Assembly: GCF_018350175.1 (NCBI RefSeq)
Contig: NC_058383.1
Span: 20,896,001 to 20,960,000 of the forward strand
DNA length: 64,000 nucleotides
Direction of reading: 5' to 3'
From: Felis catus
Lineage: Eukaryota
In this document: positions 39,430 through 52,080 of the stretch, in pieces
How positions within the stretch are numbered: position 1 is the stretch's first letter
Layout of the letters: each line of letters starts with the position of its first letter
Program-made: the position numbers and the translations under genes
The notes under the pieces: generated by a model
Seen by the model: only the letters and a program-made list of their open reading frames with translations
What the model was told of the DNA's origin: nothing
Databases searched by the model: none

Positions 39430-39645
39430 AATAAATAAGTATTAGGGGCACCTGGGTGGCTTAGTTGATTAAGCATCAGACTCTGGCTCAAGTCATGATC
39501 TCACTGTTCGTGGTTCGAGCCCCGCATCGGGCTCTGTGCTGACAGCTCAAACCCTGCAGCCTGCTTTAGATTCTGTGTCTCTCACTCTCTCTGCCCTTCC
39601 CCTGCTCGCACTCTGTTCTCTCTCTTTCAAAAAGAAACATTAAAA
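39225..39645 (+). mobile_element. Two tandem Can-SINEs (39225-39440 and 39445-39645)
   Basis: Two ggggcacctgggtggc heads, each followed by CT tract and tail. Confidence 0.9.
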
Positions 39646-39935
39646 GCAGTTTTATTTGTAAATAAACAGTTAAAAAGAAGATTCACAGCTTTCCTCCACT
39701 GCAGCATTGTTAAGAGTGTGACAGTCTGTAGATTTACCCAGCATCCTCCCCACCACAAAACCATCATCAGCATCAAGCCTCCCCACGGTGACCAGAGTGG
39801 TGTAACCAAAAGCGGTGATCGAACCGTATCAACGTCACTCCTCTGCTTAAAATTCTTCAAGATTCCTTGAGTCCTGCTGTAAGGGTTATAGACTCAAATG
39901 TCTTTCAGGGCCAAACAGGTAACATAAAGAAGCAG

Positions 39936-39973
<38 letters not shown>

Positions 39974-40906
39974 TTTCCTAGAATGCCACCTAAAAATGTA
40001 TCCGTCCTGCGTTGACATCCTCTGTTTGCATGTTAAAGATACAGTATTCTTCACGTCTACAAAGAAATATGTTTTCTCTCTCACTTTTCATGAAACAGAC
40101 CTCTCAGGCTAGCTTTTCTTTTCCCTCTTTTAACAGAGACATAAGGAAAGGAAATATTTTACTTTCCTCTTTGCTCTAAGACAAGCAACAATGCACGCGC
40201 GGTAATAAAAGAAAACGGATACTCCGCTTCTGTGTCGCGGACAGAGTCGGGGGAGGCGAGACTTGGGCAGGTGGGGCCACGGGCTCCAACGGAAGATGGC
40301 AACCTTGACTGGATGGCCAGCCCACTGCTACCTGGGAGGACGGTGGGCCCTCTGTTGCCAAGTCTGCTGATTCTTCCGAGAGCAGCTGCTGCTGCTGATT
40401 AAAAACTGGGAAATGAATTTATTCTTTAAAGCCTGAAAGAAGCACAGCTACAAGTCAAATGCAATCTGTGGCTTCCATTTTACGACCTAGAATACACGTT
40501 ACCCTCATCTCCTAGCACTGCCCTGGTCTCACTCCATTCACCCTTAAAACCCCTCCATGTGCATAGTTATGTTCCCCCCACCCCGCCTCGGGCCTTCGGG
40601 CACGCTCCCTCCTCTCCCTCCTCTTCTACCTGGAAAAAGTCCCCCTCCAAAGCAGGTCTTAAATGTCACCACCTCAGTGAAGCCTTCCCCAACTCCCCTG
40701 GCAGAGGTAATCACTGCTTCCCTCAGGATCCTTTAGCCCTCTGAACATTCAACTGTGAACCCACTTTTTTTTTAAATATTATTTGCATTAATTTCTGTCT
40801 AATAGCACAGGAACTTCTTAAAGAAAGATTTATGTTTTATTGATTTCTGTGGCTCCAACACGAGCAATGGGATTGCAGAGTAGGCTTGCATGAAAATCTG
40901 TTGTAT

Positions 40907-41920
40907 GGATGCACGGAGGATGGATGGATGGATGGACGAGTGGATAAATGGATGGACAGATGGATAGATGGATGGTTGGATGGATGGATGGATGGATGGA
41001 CGAGTGGATAAATGGATGGACAGATGGATAGATGGATGGTTGGATGGATGGATGGATGGATGGATGGATGGACGAGTGGATAAATGGATGGACAGATGGA
41101 TAGATGGATGGTTGGATGGATGGATGGATGGATGGATGAGTGGATAAATGGATGGATAGATGGGTGGTTGGATGAATGGATGGATGGATGGATGGATGGA
41201 CGAGTGTATAAATGGATGGACAGATGGATAGATGGATGGTTGGATGGATGGATGGATGGATGGATGGATGAGTGGATAAATGGATGGATAGATGGGTGGT
41301 TGGATGAATGGATGGATGGATGGATGGAGGATGGATGGATGGATGGACGAGTGGATAAATGGATGGACAGATGGATAGATGGATGGTTGGATGGATGGAT
41401 GGATGGATGGACGAGTGGATAAATGGATGGACAGATGGATAGATGGATGGTTGGATGGATGGATGGATGGATGGATGGATGGACGAGTGGGTAAATGGAT
41501 GGACAGATGGATAGATGGATGGTTGGATGGATGGATGGATGGATGGATGGATGGATGGATGAGTGGATAAATGGATGGATAGATGGGTGGTTGGATGGAT
41601 GGATGGATGGATGGATGGATGGATGGATGGACGAGTGGATAAATGGATGGATAGATGGGTGGTTGGATGAATGGATGGATGGATGGATGGATGGATGGAT
41701 GGACGAGTGGATAAATGGATGGACAGATGGATGGATGGATGGATGGATGGATGGATGGATGGATGAGTGGATAAATGGATGGATAGATGGGTGGTTGGAT
41801 GAATGGATGGATGGATGGATGGATGGATGGATGGATGGACGAGTGGATAAATGCATGGACAGATGGATAGATGGATGGTTGAATGGATGGATGGATGGAT
41901 GAACGCGTGGATAGGATGGA
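40907..41920. repeat. Compound (GGAT)n array with ~14 higher-order units of ~60-80 bp
   Basis: Recurrent gagtggataaatggatgga(c/t)agat...gtt blocks separated by variable (GGAT)n. Confidence 0.97.
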
Positions 41921-42539
41921 CTGTGTGATCAGAGGCTCCTCACTGGGGCTTTAAGTACAGTTGCCAAGGATTAGTCCAAATACTCTGGCTTTATGTAGGT
42001 TCCTGGATCACACCAAGCTCATTCCTTTACCAGGGACTTTGAATTTGCTCTTTCCCTAGCTCTTTCAGAAGACCAGCTTCTTCTCGTGATCGGGCTTCAA
42101 CTCAGAAGAAATCTCCTTAGAAAAGTCTTTATCAACTGTCCCAATCATGAGAACCACAACCAAGTCGATAATTATTAAGTTATTGCGCTTATTAGCAATT
42201 CTCACTGCCTCACTGAAATTGCCTTGTCTATATTTCCGCTCACTGTCTATTTTATGCCTCCCACTCTCCTCCGCTAGAGAGCTTCATGAAGGCACTGCTT
42301 TATGCCTGTGTCTTCCATTCTTTCTGGCGCCTTGTGGATGCTGAACAAATACGGGAAAAAAAATTGAATAAGCAGATTACCGAAGGAGGAAATAATCAAC
42401 GACATGAATGAGTGGAACCCATTTTTTTTTTTTTTGGTGCTTTTATTGGTCTCTGTGGCATCAAAAAAAAAAAAAAAAAAGTGGGCCTAAGAAATCTCTT
42501 GTCCCACTAGGATTTCTTCTAGGAAACGGCGTACCGCTG

Positions 42540-42780
42540 TTTGTCAAGAGCCCGGAGTTTAGAGCCAGAAAGACTGGGTTTGAGACGAGGGCGCCTCACC
42601 TGTCACCACCGTGCGACCTTGGACAAAACCACCTGATTTGCTGAGCCTCCGTTTTCTCAGCTGCCGAAACAGAAACAGTAACACAACCTCATGGAGCACT
42701 GGTGAGGATTAAATACGGTCCTCGTGCATGAAAAAGCTCAGAGCACAAAGTCTGCCACAAACCAAGCACCCGACGGACAT
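42540..42780 (+). mobile_element. MIR
   Basis: ttagagccagaaagactgggtttg...gaccttggacaa...ctgagcctccgttttctc...gtgaggattaaat. Confidence 0.8.
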
Positions 42781-43099
42781 GCGCCACCAGCGGGCAGGCG
42801 TGAGGCCACTGTGCCCGCCGACCACTCACGTTAGAAGACCTGGCGTGGTCACATACTGGGACCTTGCAAGCCCTGTGAACGCCTCCTGGGCAAGTGTCGA
42901 AAGCGGTGGACCACCCTCCGTGCAATGCACTTGGCTTTGCAGAAAGATGCAGGGCTCCCCCTTCCGCCGCGGGAACGAGGGGGCAGAGTACCCACACCCA
43001 GTGCCAAGGCAGCACTTGTTGACAGACTTCCCCCCAGCAATGCCATCTTCCCAGGGAGCCAACTACTACCGCACATGATTTCCTTGGAAGTCAGGCCGC

Positions 43100-44100
43100 C
43101 ATCTAACTGAATCTTCTTTGTGGGCCCAGCATATGTCAACATGGTATTTTGCTAAGAAAACTCATAAAGGGGATTGCCGGCTGCAATACGACACTCGCTC
43201 TATAATACCGTCAGCCTAATTGTTTCCAGAAGCAAACAATTAAACAGTTTATGAGAAAAACTCTATCTGTAATTGTGGGGGCCCCGCACAGCTGCTTCCT
43301 TAGCTTTTCCTAAGCAGTTGGAAACTAGCTGGTGCAGATATTAAAGTACAGTATGTGTTTAGCAAGATGGCACCTAAATGCATCATAGCGGACCTATCGG
43401 GGAAATAAACAACGTTCAAGTGTATTTTTGGAAGACAAATACTCGATACGTCATTAAATGTATGGTTTGTGGTTAGTGGTTAATCTCAGACAATGGAGAG
43501 AGAGCCGTGTTTCACGTGTGTGGCTACTGAGGAAATACAGGATTGATTGTAAGAATGATTGAGGATTTTTAAAGAGCCTAATTCCCAAGCCAGCCATGCC
43601 CTTTGTTGCTTTTTTTTTTCCACTCCTTCTTTTATATTTCCCTATAATCCATTCAGACAAATCCCTTTATCATGTTGATTTCCTCTCCTCATTAGGACCC
43701 ATGTGATTAATTACTAAACTTTTCCCTCATTCTTGCATAACTTTGAGGTCTCATTTTTCATGTGCAGAATGGCCTTTCTCGTCCAAGTACACGTATCTGC
43801 ACACACCCCCCCCCCAAGCATCTCCATTTTACATCTCCACGTCATTAATAATACTCTCCAACTGGCCCATTCGGCTGGCCATTTGCACTCGTGAAATGTA
43901 TCCAGCGCTGGCTGAGCAATACTGAAGAGCCCCAACACCTTGATTTGATAATTAGTTGGCATCATTAGTGACGCAGACCCCACCGTCCTTCATGAAAACT
44001 CGGCTTTTCTGTGACATATTTATTAATAAAGCAAACGGACCTGGGCAGGCCTTCCTACTCCAATCTCCACCTGTATCTCCAAAGCTGATCTGAATCACTC
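43100..44100. promoter_or_regulatory. Candidate conserved non-coding element/enhancer cluster
   Basis: ~1 kb repeat-free, AT-richer than flanks; dense TAAT/TAATTA, AACAAT, TAAACA, TTTATG motifs. Confidence 0.5.
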
Positions 44101-45546
44101 CTTGGTCTTGGATGCTTGCGAGCGGTCCCAGATGGAATCTTAGGACGAAAACCAAAGAAAATGAAAGAGTGGAGCAGATAGAAAACTTACTGGCCACAGA
44201 AGCATGGTGGCAAAGCCAATTTTGTAACCATCTAAGGCACAATGACCTAGGGACTTCCTTCCACCCGTCTTGGGCTGGGGCCACTACCGACCACGGCAAT
44301 ACCAGTCCCTTCCCACCCAGCTTCCGGCCATCAGTCTAATCCTCCTCCCCTGCAAATACCACCACCGTGTGTCGGCCAAACAGCAGAGGAAAACATGAAA
44401 GGCCGTCAGATTTCAATCCAGACCCGTTTGCTCCCCACCAAGCGCTTTTGTTCTAACCCCACTAAGACGCTCTTCAGTCTCACAACAAACGCGATTCCCG
44501 TTCGGCACAGCGTGAGGCCGGAAAGAAACACAAGTCTGTTAGCACCACTCAGCTACCTGATGACATTTCAAACTCCTGAAAGGAGGGACTCTAAACACAG
44601 ATTATGAACAAAAACCCTGAGTGCTTTGTAATTATTTGTATGTCATTCCCACATAATCACTGCTGCTCTGGCACTCACGGAGCTTAATTCCTGGCTTTGT
44701 GTAACGTTCTCTGACATTCTGTGAGTCAAATGACAAGGATCCTCAGCTCGGTCGCTGCCACCTACTGCATTTCCCCGGTGACGGCCACAGTGAAAGAGCA
44801 CTTCCGTGACCGGAGATTACGAAGGGAAGCCGAATGAGGCCGCACACGTATACACGCGAGCGCACACACACACGTGGGGGGGGCGGGGGAACGGCCCTTC
44901 GGAAGCGGACACAGGACGTGTGGCGATGGGCCATTTCAAACCGGGCTGTGGCCACGACTGACACAGCTGTCCTCTCCTGCTAGGTCGTGGTGGGTCTCTG
45001 GCGTGGGGCGGCGTTAAGCATCCTCCGGTTCCTTCTGTATCCACGGGTACATCAAGTGCCAGCTTCTTGGCTCTTCTTCAGCGGCTCTCCCACCACACAA
45101 CAGGGACTCCCTGCAAATTAACATTCCTTTCCTCCTGCCTGCCCTGCCCTCAAGTTTTCAAACATAACAACAATCTAAATGAAATAATGAGAGAGACTCA
45201 TTCTAATGCTGTGGAGGGAGCAGTTTTATTGCTAAGGCAGCAAAGAGAGCTAATTGAATCCACTGGAAGGAAAGAAATGGAAGGGAAAAGGATGGCAAAG
45301 GAACACGAGGGGATGGAGAAGACAGGAGGGGCTGATGAGGTGCACACACAGGCACCCGCGCGCGCGTGCCCGTGCACACGCAGAGGCAGGGCAGGTGAGC
45401 GGGAACCTGAACGCTCACAGGACAGAAACTGTCCTAAGTGTGAATGCAAATGGCTTCCCAGATGGCCACGCCGCCATATTAGATGGGGCCCCGTCATACA
45501 GGTCTACACACAGGCGCACAGGTAACATCAAGCCTCCACAGTAGGT

Positions 45547-46270
45547 GTGGTTAATGGTTATAAAACTGAGCTGCAAAGTCTACGGCACTTCTTCCATGGA
45601 AAACGGAGGTCTATAGCCCCTTCCCTTGAATCCAGGGGGGTTTCATCTCCTTGGAGATGAGCGGCAGCGTGAGAGGTCTGACTACCCTGAAGTCACCATG
45701 CCGTGAGGAAGCCCAAGCCAGACGGACAGGCCACATGGAGGCATCTGATCAACCATCCCGGCTCAACCCAGCCTTTGCGCCCAACCAGCCCAGGCCCGAC
45801 ACGCATGAATGAAGAGGCCTCCAGAAGATTCCAGCACCGGTTCATTTGAGTCCTCCCAGCTGAGGCCCCAGATGCTATGGAGCCTCAGCTCCAAACCAGC
45901 CTTGCTGTGCACCGTTCTAGCCCCTGTCCCCCACTCGCCATGAATCCATGAGCCTAATAAAATGGTTGTTGCGGGGCGCCTGGGTGGCGCAGTCGGTTAA
46001 GCATCTGACTTCAGCCAGGTCACGATCTCGCGGTCCGTGAGTTCGAGCCCCGCGTCGGGCTCTGGGCTGATGGCTCAGAGCCTGGAGCCTGTTTCCGATT
46101 CTGTGTCTCCCTCTCTCTCTGCCCCTCCCCCGTTCATGCTCTGTCTCTCTCTGTCCGAAAAATGAATAAACGTTGAAAAAAAAAAATTTTTTTTTAAATA
46201 AATAAAATGGTTGTTGCTTCACAGTACAAAATCCTGTGAGTTTGTTACATCGCAGTGGCAAACCAGAATG
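45547..46270 (+). mobile_element. MLT1-like (ERVL-MaLR) LTR split by a young SINE
   Basis: cccttcccttgaatc, caccatgccgtgaggaagcccaagc, aataaaatggttgttg, gtttgttacatcgcag. Confidence 0.8.
45973..46200 (+). mobile_element. Young SINEC_Fc-type SINE
   Basis: Full element; TSD aataaaatggttgttgc. Confidence 0.95.
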
Positions 46271-46499
46271 TGTTTATTTCCTCTGCCTTTTTGGGCAATG
46301 ATCAATTTCTACGCTGTTAACCTGAGTTTCAACATCTGGAAAATGGGACTGAGGCTACCAATCGCTACCTCACAAAGCTCTCTGAAGACCCACCAAAATA
46401 AAGATAACAGTAGTAACAATAGAAACAATAACCAACATTTGTTGAAGGCTTCTTTTGATTTACAGCCTATTTTACATACATTAAATAATTTAATTCTCA

Positions 46500-46800
46500 G
46501 GGCGCCTAGGTGGTTCAGTTGGTTGAGCGTCCGACTTTGGCTCGGCTCATGATCTCATGGTTCACATGTTCGGGCCCCTCACCGGGCTCCATGCTGACAG
46601 CTCAGAGCCTGGAGCCTGCTTCGGATTCTGTGTCTCCCTCTCTCTCTTCCTCTCCCCTGCTCACACGCTCTCTCTCTCTCACTCTCTCTGTCTCCCTCTG
46701 TCTGTCTCCCTCTCTCTTTCTTCCTCCCTCTCCCCCTCTACCCTTCTCCCTCGCTCGCACTCTCTCTCTCTCAGATAAAAAAATGAAAATAAAAAAAATA
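46500..46800 (+). mobile_element. Can-SINE with expanded CT tract
   Basis: Head, long pyrimidine tract, tail. Confidence 0.9.
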
Positions 46801-47019
46801 GAACGCCTGCCAAAGATGAGCAAACATACAAGACGTTGCCTGACACATATTTCTGCTGCTGTTACTGTTGTTTTTGTTAAAAACCTGATGATTAACAGGC
46901 ACAGGCTTGGGAAGGACAAAAATGGGTTCTTCCTACTTCTCCTCTTTCACTACCTACAGGTGAACCTTGGCATGGTCTGTCCACTCCTCATAATCTCCCC
47001 AGCCTCCAGAAAACGGGAA

Positions 47020-47760
47020 GAATATTCATATTGTGTATTTCACATGCCAAAAAGATTTCAATTTCACGCTGTACTGAATCTTAGAAATGCCCCCCCTTAA
47101 TCCTGTTTTTATTCTAAACCAGTATAAAAACTTTAATATTTCCTAATGGAGTGTACATTTATTCATTCCTACCAATCTAATGGCAATTTATGAGAAGTCA
47201 GGCAATAGCCAGTAAGATAAGCTTGAAGCTTTGGTTCTAAAAGTTCAATCAGTTAACCTAGGACAGCAATCACTTCTCCAGAATGAATAATGATGTGGAA
47301 TAATATTTGGATGGAGATAAACCCTTTTTGCATAGAAAATTGCATTATCATGTGCAGCATCTCAGCTGGATATGTAAGTTTACCAATAAGGATATTGCTC
47401 CCTGCATTTTTATCACGGAGCTTTTTGATTCTGAGATTTCCAGAGGATTCTGCATTGAGGGAGGAATCCTTAATGTCTGTATAATGCGTGATGCTCTTGG
47501 AGCTATAGATGTGAGGGTGGGAAGGCAGGAGCTGGGCTCTGCAGCTACTGAAAAGCTGCCACCACGTTTTCCCAGGGGTTCTCCGTTCCACTTAAGCAAG
47601 GGGGGAAAGCTAGCCGTGCACAGTGAGGCTGAGTTCTTTAAAGAAATGGCACTGAAAATAACCATCATGTCAATTTCAGCTAATGGGGCACAGTATGGGC
47701 TCGTTTTAAAGCGAGGAGGAGTGGCATGCAACCATTAAGAAAGAAATGCTTCAGCCATAT
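47020..47760. promoter_or_regulatory. Candidate conserved non-coding element/enhancer
   Basis: Repeat-free; several TAATGG sites, TTTATGA, AGATAA. Confidence 0.45.
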
Positions 47761-49549
47761 GTGAGCATGCCCATCGAAGCACAACCAGGAACCAGGAACT
47801 CTGGGGACAGCTCAGCGCATCTCTCCCACAGACTTGGACACGGACCTCCCACTGACCAAGTCCCAGACAACCATTAGGGAAATATAATTATAAAGAAAAT
47901 TAGTGAGAAAGAAGCCAAGGGGCTTTTTCCACTAGATCTCCAAAGACTCCTACCGATGTGACAGAGAGAACTGATTCCTGAATTCCACGAACTTCCCTTT
48001 CGCAGGTGTGACTGCTGAAATATTTCAGATGCACACACCTGTTTGCCAGCTGACGTGTGTTTTTGAGAGCACCCTTTCAAATTCAGGAGGGAGCGAGCTA
48101 GCAAAAGCCCTCTCTCCTCCCACCACTGCCAGCATTCATGAGCTGGTTCCAGCACTATCCCAACAGAATTGTCTACAATGCTGGCTCTCCACGGAGGAGA
48201 CAGCCACACTTGGCCACCTGAAGGAAGTTGAAAACTTCCACCAAGAGTCTGTTGGTGCCCACTGGCAGATAAGTGTAGTGACTAAGAGCACAGATATTGG
48301 TGTCAGAGAGACCCAAGCTTGAGTCTTCTGTTACTCATTTCTTTTCTCTGTGCCTCAGTTCCTTCCTCTGTGAAAGAGAAGCAAAAATGTCATCTGCTGA
48401 GATGCACTGAAGGATTAGATGACGACACGCGACGGCTCTGCATACTCCTCTGCCACCGTGAGCAGCTGTTCCTTTTCGGTTCTGAAGGATTGATGCTCTG
48501 CCACCTGCTAAGTGCCATCCTGCCAAAAAGTCTTATATGGAGACCAACCAAATACGGTGGCCTGCGGAAGGCAGCAAAAACTCAGTCTTCAAGTGGGCGC
48601 TGTCCACGACCAGTGGTGCTGAAAAGGAGCCCCATCTCCACCTCCTGAAATAGCACTCACTGCTACCTGACTATGGAGCCCACTGCTTCTGACGGCTAAA
48701 ACTCTATGACAAGATGAGTAGAGCCACCTCAAGGAAAAACACAGAGAGTATTTTTCCGTGTCAGCCATCAGGTTTCTCTCACTTTTTTTCCTGACCAATT
48801 GTGACGCTTAACATCAACATTTGACTCGCAGTCTGATCTACCCTTGCAACTCTTCCTTCCTCTTCCAACGCCTCATATCCACTCCTATCTCCATGCTTTG
48901 GTGCCGGTGGATCGCTTTATTCAGGATGATATAATCCTGTTCTCTGCCTAGCAGACTCCTTCAAGGTCCAAACCACAACCTCTATAACACATTCTCTGAA
49001 TCTCCTCAGCCATATTTCCTTGCTGACCCATACAGTACTTTTTCCATCACATTAGAACACTGGCAACCATTCTGCGTTCAACTAATTCACCTGAAAATAT
49101 TTTTCAAGGACCGTCACCAAGCCAGATATTGTCACAGACACTGGAGATTCAGTGATGAGCAAACAGACACCGCCCTTAATCTTGGGAAGCTCACTGTCTA
49201 ACGGAGCAGACCTAGAATAAGCATGGAATCAACAGGTGAGTCTGCAGAAAAATGCAGCATATGAAACAAGCACCTGGTACACGAGGACCGGAATGAAGAA
49301 GCTTTTCTTTCCAGTGCAAGTGGAATCAGTACAGATCTGGAGGATGACTTAATCGAGGGAAAATGGAAAGGAAAGGCAGGAAGCGTTTCTATTTCAGTAT
49401 CTGCCAAACATAACATCCAACAAATGGTCCCATGATACTCTAGAGACCAGGTGAAGAAATTAGAGCCAAATGAGACAATGCCTAGGACAAACCAGGGCTC
49501 GTTTTTATCAAAACATGCAGGTTAGTAAGTCTCAACTTTAATGGTATAC

Positions 49550-49790
49550 AAAAGGCTACATACTGTATGCTCCCTTTAGAAAACTCTATACAAGGTAAAA
49601 CCAGACATAAAGCATATTTCTTGGGGCCAGAGCGGGGGAGGGACTGCAATGGGGCACAAGGGTGACAAAGACACTCTATATCCTGATGTTATATAGGACT
49701 GTATACATTCATCAAAATTCATCAATTTAACACTCAAATTTTGTGAATTTTATTGAATGTAAATGAGACTTCAACCAAACTGATTTTAAA
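49550..49790 (+). mobile_element. L1ME/L1MC-like 3' fragment
   Basis: tatacattcatcaaaattcatcaatt...gtgaattttattgaatgtaaat. Confidence 0.7.
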
Positions 49791-49849
49791 GGAAGCACTC
49801 AAATATTTAATGTGTATAAAAATATATGACATGGCCCAGGATTCTACAA

Positions 49850-50033
49850 CTTTTTTTTTAATGTTCATTTATTTTTGAGAGAGAAAGAATAGTGAGAGGC
49901 AGAGGGGGCAGGGGCGGGGCGGACAGAGGATCCAAAAGCGGAGAGCCCAATGCAGGGCCTGAACTCGTGAACTGTGAGATCATGGCCTGAGCTGAAGCAC
50001 GACACTTAACCAACTGAGCCACCCAGGTGCCCC
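49850..50033 (-). mobile_element. Can-SINE
   Basis: Reverse-strand element; TSD-like ggattctac. Confidence 0.88.
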
Positions 50034-50203
50034 GGATTCTACCTCTTTGATAAGAATCTCTAGCAAATCTGATATGGTCTGAGAACAACCATTCCAGAAA
50101 TGCTGACAGTTTGATCATCTACTCAAAGTCGTACTCGGGAAGGTCTCTAGTTGTGTGATACACGACCTATTAATCCTGTTCAAAATGTTATCACCAACCT
50201 AGG

Positions 50204-50708
50204 TGTGGCAGAGACTGCCAGCTGCTCAACTCACCATTTATTCTTTCATTCGTCTGTAGTAAAGAATCCATATTTTATAAGGTTACATAGTTCCCCAGTC
50301 AAAAGACTGTATTTCCCAGCCTCCCTTGCAACTAGGTATGGCCATGTAACTAAGTCTTGGCTAATGAAAAGTCGATTTCAGGATTTCCAGGAAAACTCTT
50401 TTAAAAGGAAAAGACATGCTCTTCTCTGTCTCTTCTCTATTCCTCTCACTTAGAATATGAAGCAATGGCTGGAGCCCCAGCAACAATATTTAACCTTGAG
50501 GCAACATATTACAGAGGAGAAACACCTGTTAAAAGAAGACTGATGACCATGGTCTGATGACCGTGGAGGAATTACACGCTCTATTATTAGACCAAGCCTA
50601 CCTCTGGGCCTCCTCCACACTGAAGAGAAAAATGAATTTCTGTCTTACTTGAAGACACTGTTATGTACAAAGTCTCTGTTAGTACACAGCTGAACCTAAC
50701 TCATACAT
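50204..50708 (+). mobile_element. MLT1J-like LTR
   Basis: tgtggcagagactg start; tttcccagcctcccttgcaactaggtatggccatgt; gctgaacctaactcataca end. Confidence 0.8.
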
Positions 50709-50913
50709 GTTTACTGACTTTACAATTCACACCAAGCTTGTCTCATTGTCCAATGTGCTGGATGGCAGAATCAAACTTCAGGCAGATTTCTAGACCCACT
50801 AAAAATATGACTATAAAAGATATTTGGTCAAAACTGGGACAAATGAAAAAGTTTCTTAAGGGTCTCGGTGGACCACAAGACCCAATATTAGTCAATCTTG
50901 CGATGTAGATGGG

Positions 50914-51129
50914 TTTTTCAAAAATTTTTTAATGTTTTTATTTTATTTTTGAGAGAGAGAGAGAGTGGGTGAGCAGGGGAGGGGCAGAGAGAGAGAGGGA
51001 GACACAGAATCAGAAGCAGGCTCCCAGCTCTGAGCTGCCAACACAGAGCCCGACTCAGGGCTCGAACTCACGGACCTCAAGATCATGACCTGAGCCGAAG
51101 TCAGACACTTAACCGACCGAACCACCCAG
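50914..51129 (-). mobile_element. Can-SINE
   Basis: Reverse-strand element. Confidence 0.9.
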
Positions 51130-51338
51130 TGGTATAGATGGTTTTAAAAAGCTATTTCAACCTCATGTTATGTTCATGGGGTGCAGTATAAAGAACACAG
51201 AAGATGAACCTTTGCAGACTTGCCAAAAAACAGATGAAGCATTGAATTTTTTTCTGGACACTTCAAATGAAGAACACAATTGGGTGATCTAGAACGGAGC
51301 ACTCAGTGTGGTCCAGAGCCTAGAAAATGTCAACTAAA

Positions 51339-51566
51339 GGGGCGCCTGGGTGGCTCAGTCGGTTGAGCGTCTGACTTCAGCTCAGATCACGATCTCACGG
51401 TCCGTGGGTTCGAGCCCCGTGTCGGGCTCTGGGCTGACGGCTCGGAGCCCGGAGCCGGCTTCCGATTCTGTGTCTCCCTCTCTCTCTGCCCCTCCCCCGT
51501 TCATGCTCTGTCTCTCTCTGTCTCAAAAATAAATAAACGTTAAAAAAAATTTTTTTTTTAAAAAAA
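51339..51566 (+). mobile_element. Can-SINE
   Basis: Full element; TSD agaaaatgtcaacta. Confidence 0.95.
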
Positions 51567-51859
51567 GAAAATGTCAACTAAAGAATTTAGACTATCTAAA
51601 CTGGAGAAGGGGACCCTGGGATGGGATGATACAGCTAATGGGAAACAGCTGTGAAGCCATCACATTCTAGAACAGTAAGCCTCATTCCACCCAGCTCTAA
51701 AAGGAACACGTGGAAGAGGATGTTCAGGGCCAGAGGGGGTCAGTAGAAGAAGAGCCATCAAGCCAAAAACAAAGCTGCCTTACAGAATATTGACTTCCCT
51801 GATAGGCTGACTGATTGATTTACACCTCGCCTTGTTCCCAAAATAAATAACATTTTTGA

Positions 51860-52080
51860 AGTGATTATGTGACAACACTATTCTGAGTGCTTTATATGTA
51901 TAATTCATTTGATTCACACAACACTCTTAAGTAGGTACTATTATTATCCCTATTTTTATGGATGAGCAAACTGAGAAAGAGAGGTTAAATAACTTGCCCA
52001 AGGTCACACAGACAGAGGATGGATGTAAAAGCCAAGATTTAAAGACAAGCGTTCTGGCCTTCAGAGCTCATGAGTTCATC
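51860..52080 (-). mobile_element. MIR
   Basis: gtaggtactattattatccctattttt...gagaggttaaataacttgcccaaggtcacacag. Confidence 0.85.

Noticed and set aside
39936..39973. (GT)n/(CG)n alternating tract and other (CA)n, (TA)n and poly-G runs
   Set aside because: Ordinary microsatellites; Z-DNA or G4 potential alone is not evidence of function.
40837..41856. 339-aa minus-strand ORF (HPSI repeats) and plus-strand MDGW ORFs
   Set aside because: Translation of the GGAT/ATCC array; stop-free only because of repeat composition.
40907..41920. CRISPR-like repeat-spacer appearance
   Set aside because: The 'spacers' are (GGAT)n, the DNA is mammalian, and there are no cas genes.
46510..47100. 196-aa ORF and the many ...AQSVERPTSAQV.../...GAPGWRSRLSVRL... 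ORFs
   Set aside because: Translations of Can-SINE sequence.
19070..49245. Isolated plus-strand donor consensus sites (GTGAGT near 19078, 27733, 29732, 49236)
   Set aside because: No convincing paired acceptor or reading frame; expected by chance.
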